From Pseudomonadota bacterium (GTDB taxonomy: Bacteria; Pseudomonadota; Alphaproteobacteria; SHVZ01): DNA of 64,000 nucleotides. The notes under the pieces were generated by a model that was not told where the DNA came from, did no database searches, and saw nothing but the letters and a program-made list of their open reading frames with translations. Shown piece by piece: positions 62,922-64,000 of this stretch (the first letter of the stretch is position 1; each line of letters opens with the position of its first letter). The position numbers were made by a program, and so were the translations under genes. The stretch spans positions 10,700-74,699 of the forward strand of contig JACQAG010000022.1 in assembly GCA_016195085.1 (NCBI GenBank), in the 5' to 3' direction.

Positions 62922-63508
62922 CGCGCTACCTCTTCCAGCCCGTGCTGCGGCCGGTAGGCGCGACCCGGATCGCCCATCAGCACCAGGGCGCCGGCCGCCG
63001 CGTTTCGCCTCAGCCAGGAAATCACCCGCTCGGCCATCGGCCGCTCGTAGCAGAGGTCGCCGGCAAGGATCAGCGACCAGGCGCCCGGCGGATCGTCGAG
63101 CACGTCGCGCACCAGCACCTCGACGGCGACCCTATTGGCGCCGGCGTTGAGGCGGATCGCGGTTGCAGCGAAGCGGTCGATCTCGCTCAAGCTGACGGCA
63201 GCACCGAGCTTGGCGGCGGCGATGCCGGCGACCCCGCCGCCGGCGGCGAGGTCGAGCACGCTTTGTCCACGCACGGTCTCCGGGTGATCGAAGAGATAGC
63301 GTGCCAGCGCCTGTCCGCCGGGCCAGGCGAAAGCCCAGTAGGGGGGTGGCAAGCCGGAGGCCTCCAGGCTTGCTTCGGTCGCCTGCCAGAGCGGCACGAC
63401 CTCGCTCGCCAGATAAAGCCGGAGCTCCGGCACCAGGGCGGCGACGGCGAGCGCGGTCTGGCTCAGCACGAAATCCTCCGGGTCCTGGGTGGCACCCACC
63501 CGGCTCAT
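62825..63508 (-). CDS. class I SAM-dependent protein methyltransferase (PrmA/METTL20-like)
   Basis: [37 protein letters not shown]. Confidence 0.88.
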   Translation of the reverse strand: MSRVGATQDPEDFVLSQTALAVAALVPELRLYLASEVVPLWQATEASLEASGLPPPYWAFAWPGGQALARYLFDHPETVRGQSVLDLAAGGGVAGIAAAKLGAAVSLSEIDRFAATAIRLNAGANRVAVEVLVRDVLDDPPGAWSLILAGDLCYERPMAERVISWLRRNAAAGALVLMGDPGRAYRPQHGLEEVARYLVPTSLDLEDRLERETLVWRILPSFSAKMR

Positions 63509-64000
63509 CCGCCCCAGAAGCCGCCGAGGATCGTGCCCAGGGTCACGATCAGGCCGAAGTCGCGGTTGCTCTTGAACTTGGCGAGGCAGTCGGCGGGATC
63601 GTCGATGTCGAGGCTTGCCACCTGCCATATGAGATGCAGCCCGCCCAAGGCGAGGCCGGCGTTGAACGGCCAGCCGCTTCCTGCGGCCTGCCCCGCGGCC
63701 GCCAGCAGCGTGAGCGTGGCAAGATAGAAACCCGCAAGCCAGGGACGGGTCCGCGTGCCGAGCAGCAGCGCCGTGGATTTGACGCCGATCAGCGCATCGT
63801 CGGCCTTGTCCTGGTGCGCGTAGATCGTGTCGTAGCCGAGGGTCCAGCAGATCCCCGCCGCGTAGAGCAGGAGGGAGGGTGTGCCGATGCGGCCATGGAT
63901 CGCAACCCAGCCCATGAGCGCCCCCCAATTGAACGCCAGGCCCAGCACCAGCTGCGGCCAGTAGGTCACGCGCTTGGCCAAGGGATAGACGACGACGACG
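63505..64000 (-). CDS. ubiA: 4-hydroxybenzoate polyprenyltransferase (5' part outside window)
   Basis: KRVTYWPQ, YDTIYAHQD..DD..IGVKSTA. Confidence 0.93.
   Translation of the reverse strand, partial: VVVVYPLAKRVTYWPQLVLGLAFNWGALMGWVAIHGRIGTPSLLLYAAGICWTLGYDTIYAHQDKADDALIGVKSTALLLGTRTRPWLAGFYLATLTLLAAAGQAAGSGWPFNAGLALGGLHLIWQVASLDIDDPADCLAKFKSNRDFGLIVTLGTILGGFWGG

Overview
GC-rich alphaproteobacterial chromosome segment (Rhodospirillales-like, inferred from gene content and synteny). It is mostly housekeeping: fliQ-fliR-flhB-cckA, recA, alaS, speD/speE, accA, mcl, xerD, aroK/aroB, cobS/cobT, pmbA, ubiD, ubiA. No rRNA, tRNA, CRISPR array or transposase was seen. Accessory content: (1) ten intergenic loci of G/C-tract palindromic repeats (CCCTCTCCC..GGGAGAGGG and CCCTCCCCC..GGGGGAGGG subfamilies, some nested), one pair of which brackets a DUF559 endonuclease gene broken by a single TAG. 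This is the best candidate for a little-described nuclease-plus-repeat mobile system. (2) Three small toxin-antitoxin cassettes; the MNT-HEPN pair lies between two diverged copies of a host gene's 3' end. (3) A PIG-L deacetylase / sugar ABC / argininosuccinate-lyase-like cluster of unknown substrate between cckA and recA. Regulatory signals include tandem LexA boxes, a repeated ECF-type promoter and a TA operator. All calls come from reading motifs by eye, no database search was run, and start codons are best estimates.
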